DNA of 64,000 bases from positions 204,250-268,249 of the forward strand of contig MCFE01000006.1 of assembly GCA_002104905.1 (NCBI GenBank), in the 5' to 3' direction. The stretch comes from Basidiobolus meristosporus CBS 931.73. Its lineage: Eukaryota; Fungi; Basidiobolomycota. The position numbers were made by a program, and so were the translations under genes. This document shows positions 1 through 12,760 of the stretch, piece after piece. How positions within the stretch are numbered: position 1 is the stretch's first letter; every line of letters starts with the position of its first letter. The notes under the pieces were generated by a model that was not told where the DNA came from, did not search any database, and worked only from the letters and a program-made list of their open reading frames with translations.

Positions 1-2152
1 ATGTCATTTTTTGTGAAAATTTAAATTTTCATCAAACAACACATCCCTGGACTTGATCTGCTTCTTTGCTTTAGTAATGTAGAGTCTGTATGCCTTACTC
101 TCATTGCAGTAGCCCAAAAATACGCATTTTACACTTTTTGGCTCAAATTTTGACTGATTTCTGGTCAGTTTTTGGCATATGCTGTACACCAAAATATTCT
201 TAGATGCTCCACACTTGGTCTGTATCTGTACCATGCTTCAAATGGAGTAGAATCACAAAGCATTTTGTAAAAACTTCTATTTTTAAGGTATACAGCAGTG
301 GCAACTGATTCCGCCCAAAAATCATAGGATAATTTTTGATCATGGATCATAGATCTTGTCATTTCAATTATTGATCTGCTAGCACGTTCTGCTACTCCAT
401 TTTGCTGTGGGGAGTATGGTACAGTAGTCTCTTGCTGTATCCCATGAATTTTGCAGAAGTGGATGAAGAGTTTTGAGGTATATTCTCCACCATTATCATA
501 GTGTATTTTCTTGATTTTTGACCAGTTTCTCTCTCCACAATGGCTTTAAACTCCCTGCGCTTAGACAGAGCTTCTTCCTTTTTCTCCATGAAGTAGACCC
601 ATGTGTATCTTGTATAATCATCAATAAAAGTGATTAAATACTTCATCCCTCCTAAGGGTAAATTTTGCATAGGTCCACACAGATCTGAGTGTATAAGATC
701 TAACTGTTTCTTAGTTTTGATTAACCCAGAGCTCTTGAGTGGTTGTCTGGCCTGTTTCACATATATGCAGGCTTCATAGTGCTCCAAATTAGCTGGGGGA
801 TCAGTTTTCACTCCAGAAATTAGCTGATCTTTGATCATTTTACGCAAATAATCAAGATTGATATGTCCAAATCTCCTGTGCCAAAGCATTGGTGTTTCTT
901 CATTTAAGTTACTTATATTGGCTTCCAGATATGATGGAATATAAGTCAACCTGTATAGATTCTGATCTCTGATGCCCAAAGCAATGTGCGCACCATTTGA
1001 TCAGTGATCCTGCTTCCAGAATTGTCAAAACTGAAACTGAGTCCTTCTGCTGTGGCCTTGCTTACAGATAGTAGGTTCTTGGCAATATCTGGTACATAGA
1101 GTACTTCTTTAAAGGTCAGTGTATGGCTTCCTTCACTGCTTCTAAGGTTTACTTGGATAGTTCCTTCCCCCACTGCATCAAGTGTTTTATTGTCACCCAT
1201 GAAAACCTTCTTAATTTGAATTTCTTGATATTTGGTAAAAAGTTCTTTTTGGTGTGTAAAGTGTTGAGAAGCTCCAGAGTCAATATACCATGTCTGAGAA
1301 TCCTTGTTTGTGGTCATATTTAGTGCTGATATGAATAGTATACCTTTGGTTGCTTCATCATTCCCATATTCAGTCTTCTTTTGCTGATTATCTTTCTTTT
1401 TGAGACACCGGTCTGATGTGTGTCCTTTCCTATTGCAGTAGTTGCAAAACAGGTTGCTGTTGCCTTTGTAGGGTCTTGGGTACCTCCTTTGTTGGTTATC
1501 ATAGCTTATTAAAGCATTTTCTTCTTCCTTCTTATTGCCGCTTTATTTTCTTAATTTTTCATCCAGGAGCCTTCCATATATGTAATTTAAGGTCAAATCT
1601 TCAGTTCTGGACTCTAGGGTTGATACAAGGCCATGAAACTTGTCTTTCAGGCTATTCAGGTTGGTAACTATCACATTCTCATCAGTAGTTGGTACACCCA
1701 CTGATTCTATCTCATCTACCAGCAGGGTAATTCTTTTAATTAGATTTTTCATTTCTTCTCCTGGCAGCATCTTTGTAGTAAAGAATTTTTGTCTCAGATA
1801 CATTTTCGTAGCAGCTGAACATGACTGGTAGGTGTCTTCTAATGCCTTCCAGGCATTCTTTGCCGTTTTTACACTTGAGCATTGAATTAGCAATTTGTCT
1901 TTAACATTATGGCAAATGCAGTTAAAGAAACTTTGTTCTTTCTTCTGGTACTTCAAGGCTTCCTCTCCCACATTTTCAGGAGGGCATTCTTCTCCCATGA
2001 CAATATCTCAAAGGCGTCTTTCTTGTAGCAGCAACTTTATTTTCACCCTCCACACTTGATAGTTAGATCCATCCATCTTTTCAGCAGAGGGGAAAATTCT
2101 AGTAATAGTAGTAGTGGACATTGCAGAGAGTGACAGCTTGGGGCTCATAGCC
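1..2152 (-). mobile_element. Ty1/Copia LTR retrotransposon, 5' internal region (gag, zinc knuckle, protease, GAG-pre-integrase, integrase); disrupted and running off the window edge
   Basis: Minus-strand ORF pieces: gag 'KMDGSNYQVWRVKIKLLL' and 'KNAWKALEDTY...MYLRQKFFTTKM', protease 'WYIDSGASQH', 'LWHRRFGH', integrase 'IHSDLCGPM...FIDDYTRYTWVYF'. Copia domain order, with stops and frameshifts. Confidence 0.95.
2141..2152 (-). promoter_or_regulatory. Primer-binding site GGCTATGAGCCC directly abutting the 5' LTR
   Basis: 11/12 match to GGTTATGAGCCC, the complement of the tRNA-iMet anticodon arm, as used by half-tRNA-primed Copia/Ty5-type elements. Confidence 0.75.
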
Positions 2153-2500
2153 TGTTGTAAGAGTCTTGGAGATATTGGAAGTGATTGGGAGGACAAGTAG
2201 ATTGTGTGGTTTTCACTTGATGATTTATAGAATGTAAAAGTAGTATTGATACTTTTACATGGTCTTGGGATAACAAGCACGTAGAATAGGTTAAGGAAGG
2301 TCCCAAGAACATATGTGCAAAGTTTGGGGCTGCTTGGACAACTTTGAGAATTTTCATGTTCTGGGTACCTGGTATTTTGGTAAAAATATTCTAGGTAAGT
2401 CCCAACAAGGAATTTGGTCAGTATTCTCTAGGATTTGAAGGTAATGATTTAAGTGACTAAGTTAGGTGAATATTCAGGTGGAAATACAAATTTTACAACA
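2153..2500 (-). repeat. 5' LTR of the Copia element (348 bp, TGTTG...CAACA)
   Basis: TG...CA termini. The same sequence recurs at 10144-11829, 15329-15677, 42402-42751 and 57804-57925. Confidence 0.9.
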
Positions 2501-2559
2501 AATTCAACAATCACATTATTTTTCATATATACTTTTATAAGACAAGATTGATGCTAATA

Positions 2560-3755
2560 TAGAACTGTATAAGTATCCACATCCATAACAATGGTCCTTA
2601 TGCCAAATCTCAACTCATCTTTAATAATACTTGTAAACAACCTATGTTCCAGCTCACAAGAGTGGTCCACACCAGAAAAGTTGATGTTAGATGCATTCAA
2701 GTTCTTGCCAAATGATTTTAGTACAGCCCAAATGTCTATGATAAGCCCTCATACAGATATTTTGGCACTGCTCATTAGTCTAGCAGAGCTGAATACCTCA
2801 GAAAGTCAACACAGATGGAAGAATCTCAGCAGACAGCTGTGGCATTGATTCTACATCTAAATGCCAGCAGATATATATAAGCAGATACATAACAAGAGAA
2901 GTATTCAAATCAAGAATGAGCTGATAGTGAAAGTATTTGATGAGGAAGCCGTTGCAAACAGTTCTGCATCAATTTGCATAATACAGGCTGGACATGTCCA
3001 TTTGTGTCTCACTTTGGGAACCAAAAAGATTTGGAATGAGTTTTTGTCTCAAATGACTAAAGGACTACATGATATATCAGTAGAGCTAAGGGGCTTCCAA
3101 GAGCAATATACATAAGACTCATCAAGGCAACAGTTCCAAAGTATCTAACAGAGGGCAAGTGAATACCTTTGGGAATCAAAAGGTGAGCTTCAAGTGGAAG
3201 ATTACAGACCTCAAGCAACTGCATATATCTTATGCCAGCACTCCTTGCTGGATCCCTTACCATCTTTTGCAATACCAGATTGCTGGCACATATCAGTTCA
3301 ATCTATGTAAACACCTTTGACAACAGCACCCTGCATCAAGTTGATGTGCATTGGGTCAATGCACTTGCTTGAGGGCAAAACTACCAGAACTTGCCAAACA
3401 GCTCATTGAGACAGAGTTTCATTAGAGCAAGCCAAGTTGCAACAGCATGTAGCATCACATCAAGCTCAGCTAAGAGCCATGTCAATGCATCAAGTTGCAC
3501 CTGAATGTGCCATTACACCTGACCATCAGCAAGTTACTTCTGGTGAGTGGACTGACAATAACTCACTTGAAGTGCCTCCACCACTAGAGCCTTTGGAAAT
3601 TGAAAGAGCATGTCTGCGTGTTGCACTCCAGACCAGCTCTGTAACATCACCTGGAGCAATTCAGCACTGCCAATCTTCAGCACTGCACTCATCATCTAGG
3701 AGGCAAAATACTGACTACAAGTACAAAGTAGTCAAGATGTATTTAATAAGGGAGG
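2560..3755 (+). mobile_element. Inverted fragment of the PHIS-family element's accessory-ORF region
   Basis: ORF relics 2591-3115 and 3437-3790 are reverse-orientation homologues of 4907-5479, 6655-6921 and 7555-7880. Confidence 0.7.
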
Positions 3756-5650
3756 CAACTTGTTTCATTGTACCATGCCAGTGCATGTAGGGCAATGTAT
3801 GGTTGCTGAGAATATTTGGGCGTAATATTGTATCTACTAGTAGGCAGGATTGCTCTTGGACAATTTTGAGCTATGTGTGACAGTTTTGCCCACTATGGCT
3901 CATTGCCAAACACACAAGCTACCTGAGTTGCCATGAAATATCACATTTTGCCCACTGAGCTTGTAAATCCCTGATCTTAGTAATTGAATGAGGTGTCATG
4001 TTGAGCATGCAACCAATTGTGTAGACACAAATCAGACCAAATAGCTTCACTGGTGTTACAGATGATGTATATATGCGGAGTGCTTGTTTCCTGGGGCTCT
4101 GTTGCAAATGTGAGACAGCCTTGATATTACTTATAACAAAAATTTAGTGATCACTGATTTATAATGGCTCAAGTTGAATAGCAAAAAAAATGAGTTGTTT
4201 GGATTGTAACAAAAGGTAATGGTTTAATGCACTGCATCATCTTCTCCTAGGTTTATTTCTCAAAGGGATTGTGACTGAAGCATTTGGTAGTAATTCCCCC
4301 TGCATACCTGAACTACTTCCTTGTTGACAATCATCTTTGCTACTTGTGTTCTTGTAGTAATTTTTTAACCTCCAAGCTGATGAGTGTAATGCTGGAACTT
4401 GACCATGCTGAAATGCTCCAGAAGATGTAGAGGAACCAGCCTGAAGTGCCACATGCTGATATGTTCATTTACCTGCCAAAGGCTCTGGTAGTAGAGGCAC
4501 TTCATGTGGGTCATTATCAGTCAGCTCACCAGAAGTAACTTGCCAATGGTTGGGTATAACAGCACACACAGGTGCAACTTAATGCATTGCATAGCCCTTG
4601 ACTCAGTTTGATGTGATATTACATGTTGATGTGACTTGGCTTGCTCCAATGGATCTTTGTCTAAATGAGCAGTTTGACAGGTTCTGGCAGTTTCGTTCTG
4701 AAGCAAGTGTTGATCTGATGCACATCAACTTGATGTGGGGCACTCCTGTGAAGGGTGTTGGCATAGGTTGGACTAATGTATGCTGTCATGCTAGTGTTGC
4801 AAGATGATGGTAGGGAGTCCACAAGGCATGCTGGTATAATCAAGACAATGTTGCCTGCATTCTGTATTCTTCCTCTTGAAGCTCACCTTCTGATCCCTTA
4901 AGCTATTCACTTACCCTCTGTTGATACTTGGAACTGTTGCCTTGATGAGTCTTGTTTATATTGCTCTTGGAAGCCACTTAGCTCTACTAATATATCACAT
5001 TGTCCATTAGTCATTTGAAACAAATACTCACTCAAAATCTCTTTAGTTCCCAAAGCTGAGGCACAAACAGACACAGTCAGCCTGGACTGTGCAAAGTGCA
5101 TGCAAAATTTTTCTTGTGCAGCTTCCTCATCAAATCCCCTCATTCTAAGCGCATTCTTGACTTCCATACATGTCTTGCTACATATCTTCTTACAAACATC
5201 TGCTGGCATATTGATGTAGAACTCTCACCACTGCTTTCTACTCAGCTTCCTCCATCTCTGTTGACTTTCTAAGGTATCCTGTTCTGCTAGATTAATGAGA
5301 AATGCCCAAATTTCTGTATTAATGCTCATCACAGACACTGAGGCCATATTGAAATTATTTGGCAAGAACTCAAACAGATCTGAAATCATATTTTCAGGCC
5401 TGGACCACTCTTGTGAGCTGGGGGATGGGTTTTGTTTAGGTTGTACTAAAGATGAGCTGAGACTTGGCATAGGGACCATTGTGATGGATATGGATACCTA
5501 TACAGTACTATATTGGCATCAACCTGGCCTTATATGAAATATATATGAAGACCAATGAAATTTTTAATTTCCTTATATTATGCATAATGCTTCTTGGATT
5601 GCATTGACACAGATCAGCTCACAGCAATTATGGATTTCCCATTACATTTT
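3756..5650 (-). mobile_element. Truncated copy of the PHIS-family element (left TIR-like end plus accessory ORF relic)
   Basis: Starts AACTTGTTTCATTGTACCATGCC and is colinear with 5691-8090. Confidence 0.7.
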
Positions 5651-5690
5651 GGACTTGTGGGCAAACCATCAAACAAATCACCAAGTCATT

Positions 5691-8600
5691 AGACTTGTTT
5701 CATTGTACCATGCCAGGGTATGTGGTGCAATCTGTGGACTCTAAGAACAATTTGGGGCAATAATATATATACTAGTAGGTAGGATTGCTCTTGCACTATT
5801 TTGCACCATTGTGCACCATGTGTGACAATCTTGCACACTATGGCTCAATCTGACATAATGTGGTTGGCATGGATGATTGTGCCAACTTGTATTGCTTGCA
5901 TCAAGTACACAATTTGATACTACTATTGTGGTAGGTAAGATCTGGTGTTTGGATATGTTTCTTCAAAGTGAATGAAATTAAATGCATCTCACACCATAAA
6001 CTACACTGATACTTTCCATTTTGGTTACCATTACTCCAATTGGATGGTATCTCAGCAGTTATTTGGTCCAAAAGTATCCTGAAGCTGTCAGCCCCCCATT
6101 GGCTCTTTGGCCAATACACAAGCTACCTGATTTGCCATCAAATTTCCCATTTTGCCCATTGAGCAAGTAAATCCCTGATCCTAGTGATTGGACAAGGTGG
6201 CATAGCTAGCACCCAACCAATTGTATAGGTGTAACACAGATTAAATGGCTGCACTGGTGTTAAGATGATGCATAAATATGCAGGGTGTTTAATTACACGG
6301 GTTCTGTGTCTAATGTGAGACAACCTTGATATTGCTTATATCAAGAATTTAGTGACCACAGACTTGCAATGGCTCAATTTGGATTGCAAAAAAATATGTG
6401 GTCTGGATCATGACAAATAATAGTGATTCAATGTTTCCTGGGGCTCTATTGCAAATGTGAGACAGTCTTGATATTACTTATAACAAATATTTAGTGACCA
6501 CTGATTTATAATGGCTTAAGTTGAATTGCAAAAAAAATGAGTTGTTTGGATTGTAACAAAAGGTAATGGTTCAATGCAATTGCACCATCTTCTCCTAGGT
6601 TTTTTCTAACAGGGATTACTACTGAAGCATTTGGTGGTGATTCACTTTGCACACCTAGGCTACTTCCTTGCTGACTATCCTCTTGGCTACTCTTGTATTT
6701 CTAGTCAGTGTTTTGCTCCTAGTTGATGAGTGCAATGCTGCAGCTTGGCTGCACTTAGTTGCTCTGGATAATGCTACTGAACTGGCCTGCAGTGCTACAT
6801 GCTGACATGTTCTTTTACTTGCCAAAGGCTCTGGGGGTAGAGGCACTTTATGTGGATTATCATCAGTCAATTCACCAGAAGAAACATGCTGATGGTAATG
6901 TGTAATGGCACATGCAGACACAACTTGATGTGCTGGTATGTCCCTTGGCTGAGTTCAAGGTGATGCTGCTGGTTGATGCAACCTGGCGCACTCCAATGGA
7001 CTCATGTCTAAATGAGCAGTTTGGCAAGTTCTGGTGGTTTTGCTCTGAAGCACACTCATTGACCCAACATACATTGACTTGATGCAGGGTGCTCTAACAA
7101 TGGGTATTGGCATAGTTTGGACTGATGTGTGCCATCATGCTGAAGTTGCAAGGGATGGTAAGGAATCCAGCAAGGTGTGCTGGCTCAATCTAGACACTAT
7201 TGCTTGTGGTGTAGTGGGGTCACAGTGACACCCACTAACAGATGTGCTCACTCCTATATTTTCTACTTCCCTATTACACTACTCCACTTATTTTAGTTTT
7301 ATCCCAATTGTCTTACCTGATCAGTACTATCCCATAGGCCTGTTGACTATTGCACTGGCTTACCTTATTGCATATGTTATCCCCCACTTTATGTAAGATT
7401 ACTAGCAGTAAGTGCTTATGTATTAGGCAAGTACCCACACCAGTGCCTGTACTACATGATTAACCTGTGTCACCATCCCTACCATTTCCATACCATATTA
7501 GTCTTACACTCTCAGCTCATTCTTGGTTTTAATACTTGTCTTATTATATATCTTCTTACATACATCTGCTGGCATCTTGATGTAGAACTCCTGCCACAGC
7601 TTTCTACTTAGGTTCTTCCATCTCTGTCAACACTATGAGGTATCTAGTTCTGCTAGATTAATGAGTAGTGCCCAAATATCTGTACAAAGGCTTATCATAG
7701 ACACTTGGGCCACACTAAAATCATTTGGTAAGAACTCAAACAGATCTGACATTGACTTCTCCAGTCCAGACCATGCTTGTTAGCTAGTGGATGGGTTTTG
7801 TCTGGGTTGTACTAAAGATGAGTTGAGACTTGGTGTAGGGACCATAGTGACAAATTTGGATACTTATACAGTGGTGTTTGGCATCAACCTGGTCTTATAT
7901 AAAATATATATAAAACTAATGAAATTTTTAATTTCCATATATTATGCATAATGCTTCTTGGATTGCATTGACACAGATCAGATCGCACCAATGATAGATT
8001 CCATATTTGATTATAGACTTGAGTGTAAAGCATTAATAAAAATACCAAGTCATTGTTTGAGGATGACTTTTTTAACATAATGATGGATTAAATGACAATT
8101 GATGGAGATTTAATCATAATGCATGGAAAATCAGATAAATAAAGCTTATTGCTCCAAGTTGCATCAATTCACCTCAGCCCATTCACCTACCAATTTTAAT
8201 ATGATTTACTCATCTGAATGGTCTTTTCTCATCAGTCCCATCACTACCACTGGATTTCCTTTTTACACACTTGAGGAGATCTATACCAAGTGCTGTGGAC
8301 CATCTACCCCAATCTACTCAAGGAGATCCCTTGTTAAGCCTCTCTGCTAGTACAAGAAGTATTGCCCCACAAGGTTTGTCCCTCCACCCATGGCAACAAA
8401 AGTCCTAGAAGGTTTTATTCCCAGCTGAGAGCAATGGAGAACCACCTTGCAGAGGGTATGAATGACTTAGAGCAAGCTTTGAATACCAGGTTCAGTAGCT
8501 CCAATAGACCTCCATATCCCTGAGTGTTCCACAACAGGTTCCATATAAGGAGTGTTCTGGATACCTTCCCAGTCAAGATTAACAGACCTTCTAGAGGGCA

Positions 8601-9265
8601 GAGGTACTTTTATTCTGGTAAGTACAAGGCACACTGTGCAAAGTTTCAAGCACTATCTGGCATTGATGGTAACATCATTTGGTTTAGTGGGCAGTTTGCT
8701 GGAAGTAGGCATGATAGAGTACTCTGGGTAGAGAATCATCCAGAATTTGTAGAGGGGAGAAATATATGGCAGACTTAGCTTATACAGGAGGGGATTGTCA
8801 AAGATTAGGATGTATTACATCATACAGGAAGTAAAGGAATGGTGTGCTTAGCAAGAAGCAGAAGCTCTACAATGAGATACTTATTTATTTCAGAGTGAGG
8901 GTAGAGGATATATTGGATATCTGAAGCTATTCAGCATATTGGCAGATAAATACAGAGGAAAGGCATAAATAGGAGAAAACAGCACAATAGGTAAGATAGT
9001 TGAGATACTTATCAATACACAGCATATTCAAACAAGATGACATCCACTGAGAGAAATGTGTCTGGTGCATTATGAAGAGTAAATAGAGTAAGGAAAGTAC
9101 TATTCTGAGCAACAAATGTCAGATTAAATAAAATTACCAGTAACTATATCCTACCACTGGCATTATGGTAGAAATTATAGTACCAGACAGTGCCATACAG
9201 TGCCAGATCAATCCAGCACTATAAACAAGCTGGCACTAGGTGGCACTATCCAATGGAACAAGTCT
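5691..9265. mobile_element. PIF/Harbinger-like (PHIS) DNA transposon, ~3.6 kb, with two divergent ORF relics
   Basis: TIRs AGACTTGTTTCATT (5691) and AATGGAACAAGTCT (ends 9265). Transposase relic on + strand; unknown accessory ORF relic on - strand (~6560-7880). Confidence 0.75.
8123..9100 (+). pseudogene. DDE_Tnp_4 (PIF/Harbinger-type) transposase pseudogene
   Basis: Motifs 'LDTFPVKINRP...QRYFYSGKYKAHCAKFQ...GSRHD' and 'ADLAY'; several stops and frameshifts. Confidence 0.85.
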
Positions 9266-9560
9266 ATCTTACCTATTCTGCTGTTTTCTCCTATATATGA
9301 CTTTCCTCTGTATTTACCTGCCAATATGCTGAATCTCTTTTGATAGCCATATATATGCTCCACCCTCACTCTGAAATGAATAAATATCTCATTGTAGGTC
9401 TTCTGCTTCCTGCTAAGCACATCATTCCTTTACTTCCTGTATGATGTAATACATCCTGGTATGGTAGTATTATTCATTGCTAGATGTAGGCTACTGTACT
9501 GCTATTACAGTGCCAGCAGAGGTGGTAAAGAGTCCATCAAGTCACTGGCATATTTTTATC
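9266..9560 (-). pseudogene. 3' fragment of a second Harbinger-type transposase copy, inverted
   Basis: 'KQKTYNEIFIHFRVRVEHIYGYQKRFSIL'; reverse-complement homologue of ~8780-9000. Confidence 0.75.
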
Positions 9561-10202
9561 ATATAAGGCAATTAGATATATTGGCCAGTTAGGTGCACTC
9601 TAAGAAATGTATAATGCATTAGAACCATCAAAAGCTATGCAATTCTTGCCAAAAGACCACTGAAATACTACCATGTTTTACTTTGATATACTTGACAGCT
9701 GATCTAGATTAGATCCACCTAGAGGATCAAATTATTGTTCATTGGGTCTCTGTTTGATGCACTGGTTGTGAGTATGAACTTTCCTCTTACAGTAGCCATA
9801 AGACAGGCTGTTATTGCCTTTCAAGTGTCTTGAGTACTTTCTTGAGTGGCTGATGTTGCCTATAGAAGCATTTCTTCTCCCTTTTTGTTGGCACTGGATT
9901 TTTATATTCCCACTTAGGGGTTTTCAAAATATGCATCTTATGGTGATATTGTCAATTTTGAGCTCTACGTCTTTACAAGAAGCTGAAACCTATGTGTCAG
10001 GCTGTTCATGAAAGTAACTAGCACATTTTAATCAGTAGCTTGTAAACACATTCATTCCATCTCATTAACAAACAGGGTTCTCCTGACTATTATATTTATC
10101 ATTTCTTCTCCTAAAACCATCTCTATAGTAAGCAACTTCTATCTGTTGTAAAAATCTGTCATTCCATCTAAACATTCACCTAACTTAGTCACTTAGATCA
10201 TT

Positions 10203-11536
10203 AGACTTGTTCTGTTGGATAGTGCTATATTGGACCATGAGTGCTAAATGATGCCATGGTGTGCCAGGGAGGCCAAGTGAAGCTATACTTTGCCACAGAG
10301 TGTGAAACATAGCTCTGCATCTTAATGCAAAGCAGCCTCTGTGTTTCACCTATTAGACTTGTTCTGTTGGATAGTGCCACATTGAGCCATGAGTGCCAAA
10401 TGATGCCATAGTGTGCCAGAGAGGCCAAGTGAGCCTCTACCTGGCCACAGAGTGTGAAACATAGCTCTGCATCTTCATGCAAAGCAGCCCCTGTGTTTCA
10501 CCCATTGTGTTGGAGAAAATCCATTTTTTGACCTTTTTTTTTGAATCAATGTTGTGCAGGATGTGTTAGAGCACAAGCAGATTGAAGATATGCATCTGGT
10601 ACTCAATACCCATGGCACTCTAAATCTAGCTCCTGTAGCTTGTATCATGTCACAAAAATGAATGGCACTATCTTGGTCCACTGGTACTGTCTGGCACTAT
10701 AAGTGCTTTGTATAGATCTTACATTAGGTCTAATATTTAAATATAGTGCCAGATAGTACCAGTGGACCAAGATAGTGCCATTCATTTTTGTGACATGATA
10801 CAAGCTACAGGAGCTAGATTCAGAGTGCCATGGGTATTGAGTACCAGACGCATATCTTCAGTTCTCCTGTGCTCTTACACATCCTGAGCTACATTGATCC
10901 ACAAAAAAAGGTCAAAAAATGGATTTTCTCCAACACAATGGGTGAAACACAGGGGCTGCTTTGCATGAAGATGCAGAGCTATGTTTCACACTCTGTGGCC
11001 AAGTATAGGCTCACTTTACCTCTCTGGCACACTATGGTATCATTTGGCACTCATGGCTCAATGTGGCACTATCCAACGGAACAAGTCTATTGTGCTGGAG
11101 AAAATCCATTTTTTGATCTTTATTAAGACCAATGTTGTGTAGGATGTATATTTAATTATTAGCCCTAAAGTAAGACCTATTCAAAGTACTTATAGTGCCA
11201 TATTGTACCAGTGGACCAAGAGGGTGCCATGCATCTTTGTGAAATGTTACAAGCTGCAGGAGCTAGATTCAAAGTGCCATGGGTATTGAGTACCAGGTGC
11301 ATGTCTTCAGTCCTTCTGAGCTCTTAAACATCCTACTCAACATTGATCCACAAAAAAGGTCAAAAAATGGATTTTCTCTTGCATAATAGGTGAAACACAA
11401 GGGTTGCTTTGAATGAAGATGCAGAGCTATGTTTTACACTCTGTGGCCAAGCTTAGGCTCACTTGGCCTCTCTGGCACACTATGGCATCATTTGGCACTC
11501 ATAGCTCAATGTGGCACTATCCAACAGAACAAGTCT
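10203..11536. mobile_element. Outer MITE (AGACTTGTTC TIRs) with ATT target duplication
   Basis: ATT on both sides (10200-10202 and 11537-11539); TIRs shared with the 5691-9265 element. Confidence 0.8.
10355..11088. mobile_element. Inner MITE (734 bp, almost fully palindromic) inserted in the outer MITE
   Basis: ATT on both sides (10352-10354 and 11089-11091). Arms of ~345 bp are near-perfect inverted repeats around ~10700-10742. Confidence 0.85.
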
Positions 11537-11829
11537 ATTACCTTCAAATCTTAGTGTATACTAACCAAACTCCCTGTGGGGATTTACTTGGAGAATTTTC
11601 ACTAGCATATCAGGTACCCAGAACATGATTACTCTCAAAGTTGTCCAAACAGCCCCAAACTTTGCACACATGTTCTTGGGATCTTCCATAACCTAATCAA
11701 TGTGTTTGGAATGCCAGGACCATTTAAAGTATAAGAACTACTTTTACATTCAATAAATAATTAATTGAAAACCATATGATATACTTGTCCTTCCAAGTCA
11801 CTTCCAATATCTCCAAGACTCTTACAACA

Positions 11830-12760
11830 TTATCTACAGCACATTTTCTCAGCAGCTCAGCATGACTAAAAGATTTCCTTGAGTACCTTCCAGGCACTCT
11901 TTGGTATTTTGGCTCTTTTCCATTGAGCAGCAATTTGCCTCTAATATCAACCCTAAGAGAATAAAACAACAAAAGGCCAGCAGGATACTGTCATGGAATC
12001 TGCTGAAATCCAATTTTCATAAAGGCAACATCTTTCAATACCTCATGTGCCAGCTTGACAGCACACAAGCAAAATTCTTTTTTAAGTGAGTCTTGGCCAA
12101 CTGGTGCTCTTACCAAAATTAGTAATTAGCTACTCATTGTGTCTGCCAAGAGTTGCAACTGAAACCTGAAGAAGAAGCATCAGCTGAAAAACCAATGAGT
12201 TACAACTTCATTATTTCTCATAGGGTAAGGCAGGTGTAGCTAAGTGTGCTTTTTTCTTTCTTTGAGTACTTTTAGGTCTCTTCTCTTGCACCTTTAGGAA
12301 GGCATCCTTCCCCCACAATTGTATCCAAAAGGTCTTGTGCCTGTAATAGAATCTTGAAGTGCACCTTCAAGTCTTGGTAGTTAGTTCCATTCAACCTTGC
12401 AGCAGAGAAAAAATTTCAGTATCAACAGTGGTAGGCACTCCAGGGAGTGATAGCTCAGGGTGCATAACAGTTTTAAAAGTCTTGGAGTTATTGCAATTAA
12501 TTGGGAGAGCAAGTAGATTTAGTGGCTTTTACTGAGTCACTTATTAAATGTAAAAGTTGTATATGTGCTGTTATATGATCTTGGCCAAATAAACATGTAA
12601 AATATGCTTAGAAAGGTCTTAAGTGCATGTGCACAATGTTTGGGGCAGCTTGTAAAACTTTAAGAAAATCCTTGTTCTTGGTACCCATATTTTGGTGACA
12701 ATACTAGATTTGTGTATCATGATCTGAGGGCTAAGTTGGGGAAAGGCCTAACTATAAGGA
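11830..12760 (-). mobile_element. Degenerate Copia gag 5' fragment plus LTR remnant
   Basis: Diverged homology to 1790-2450 (NGTNY-type gag start followed by LTR-like sequence). Confidence 0.55.

Larger units (their letters stand above)
10144..11829 (+). repeat. Copia solo LTR interrupted by nested MITEs
   Basis: LTR reads TGTTG...cacttagatcATT [MITE] ATTaccttcaaat...ttacaaca. Flanks CTATC/TTATC match a 5-bp TSD at 4 of 5 positions. Confidence 0.75.

Noticed and set aside
7205-7545. Possible Gypsy solo LTR inside the Harbinger-like element
   Set aside because: It is foreign sequence, but has no clear TG...CA ends or TSD and appears to replace host sequence.
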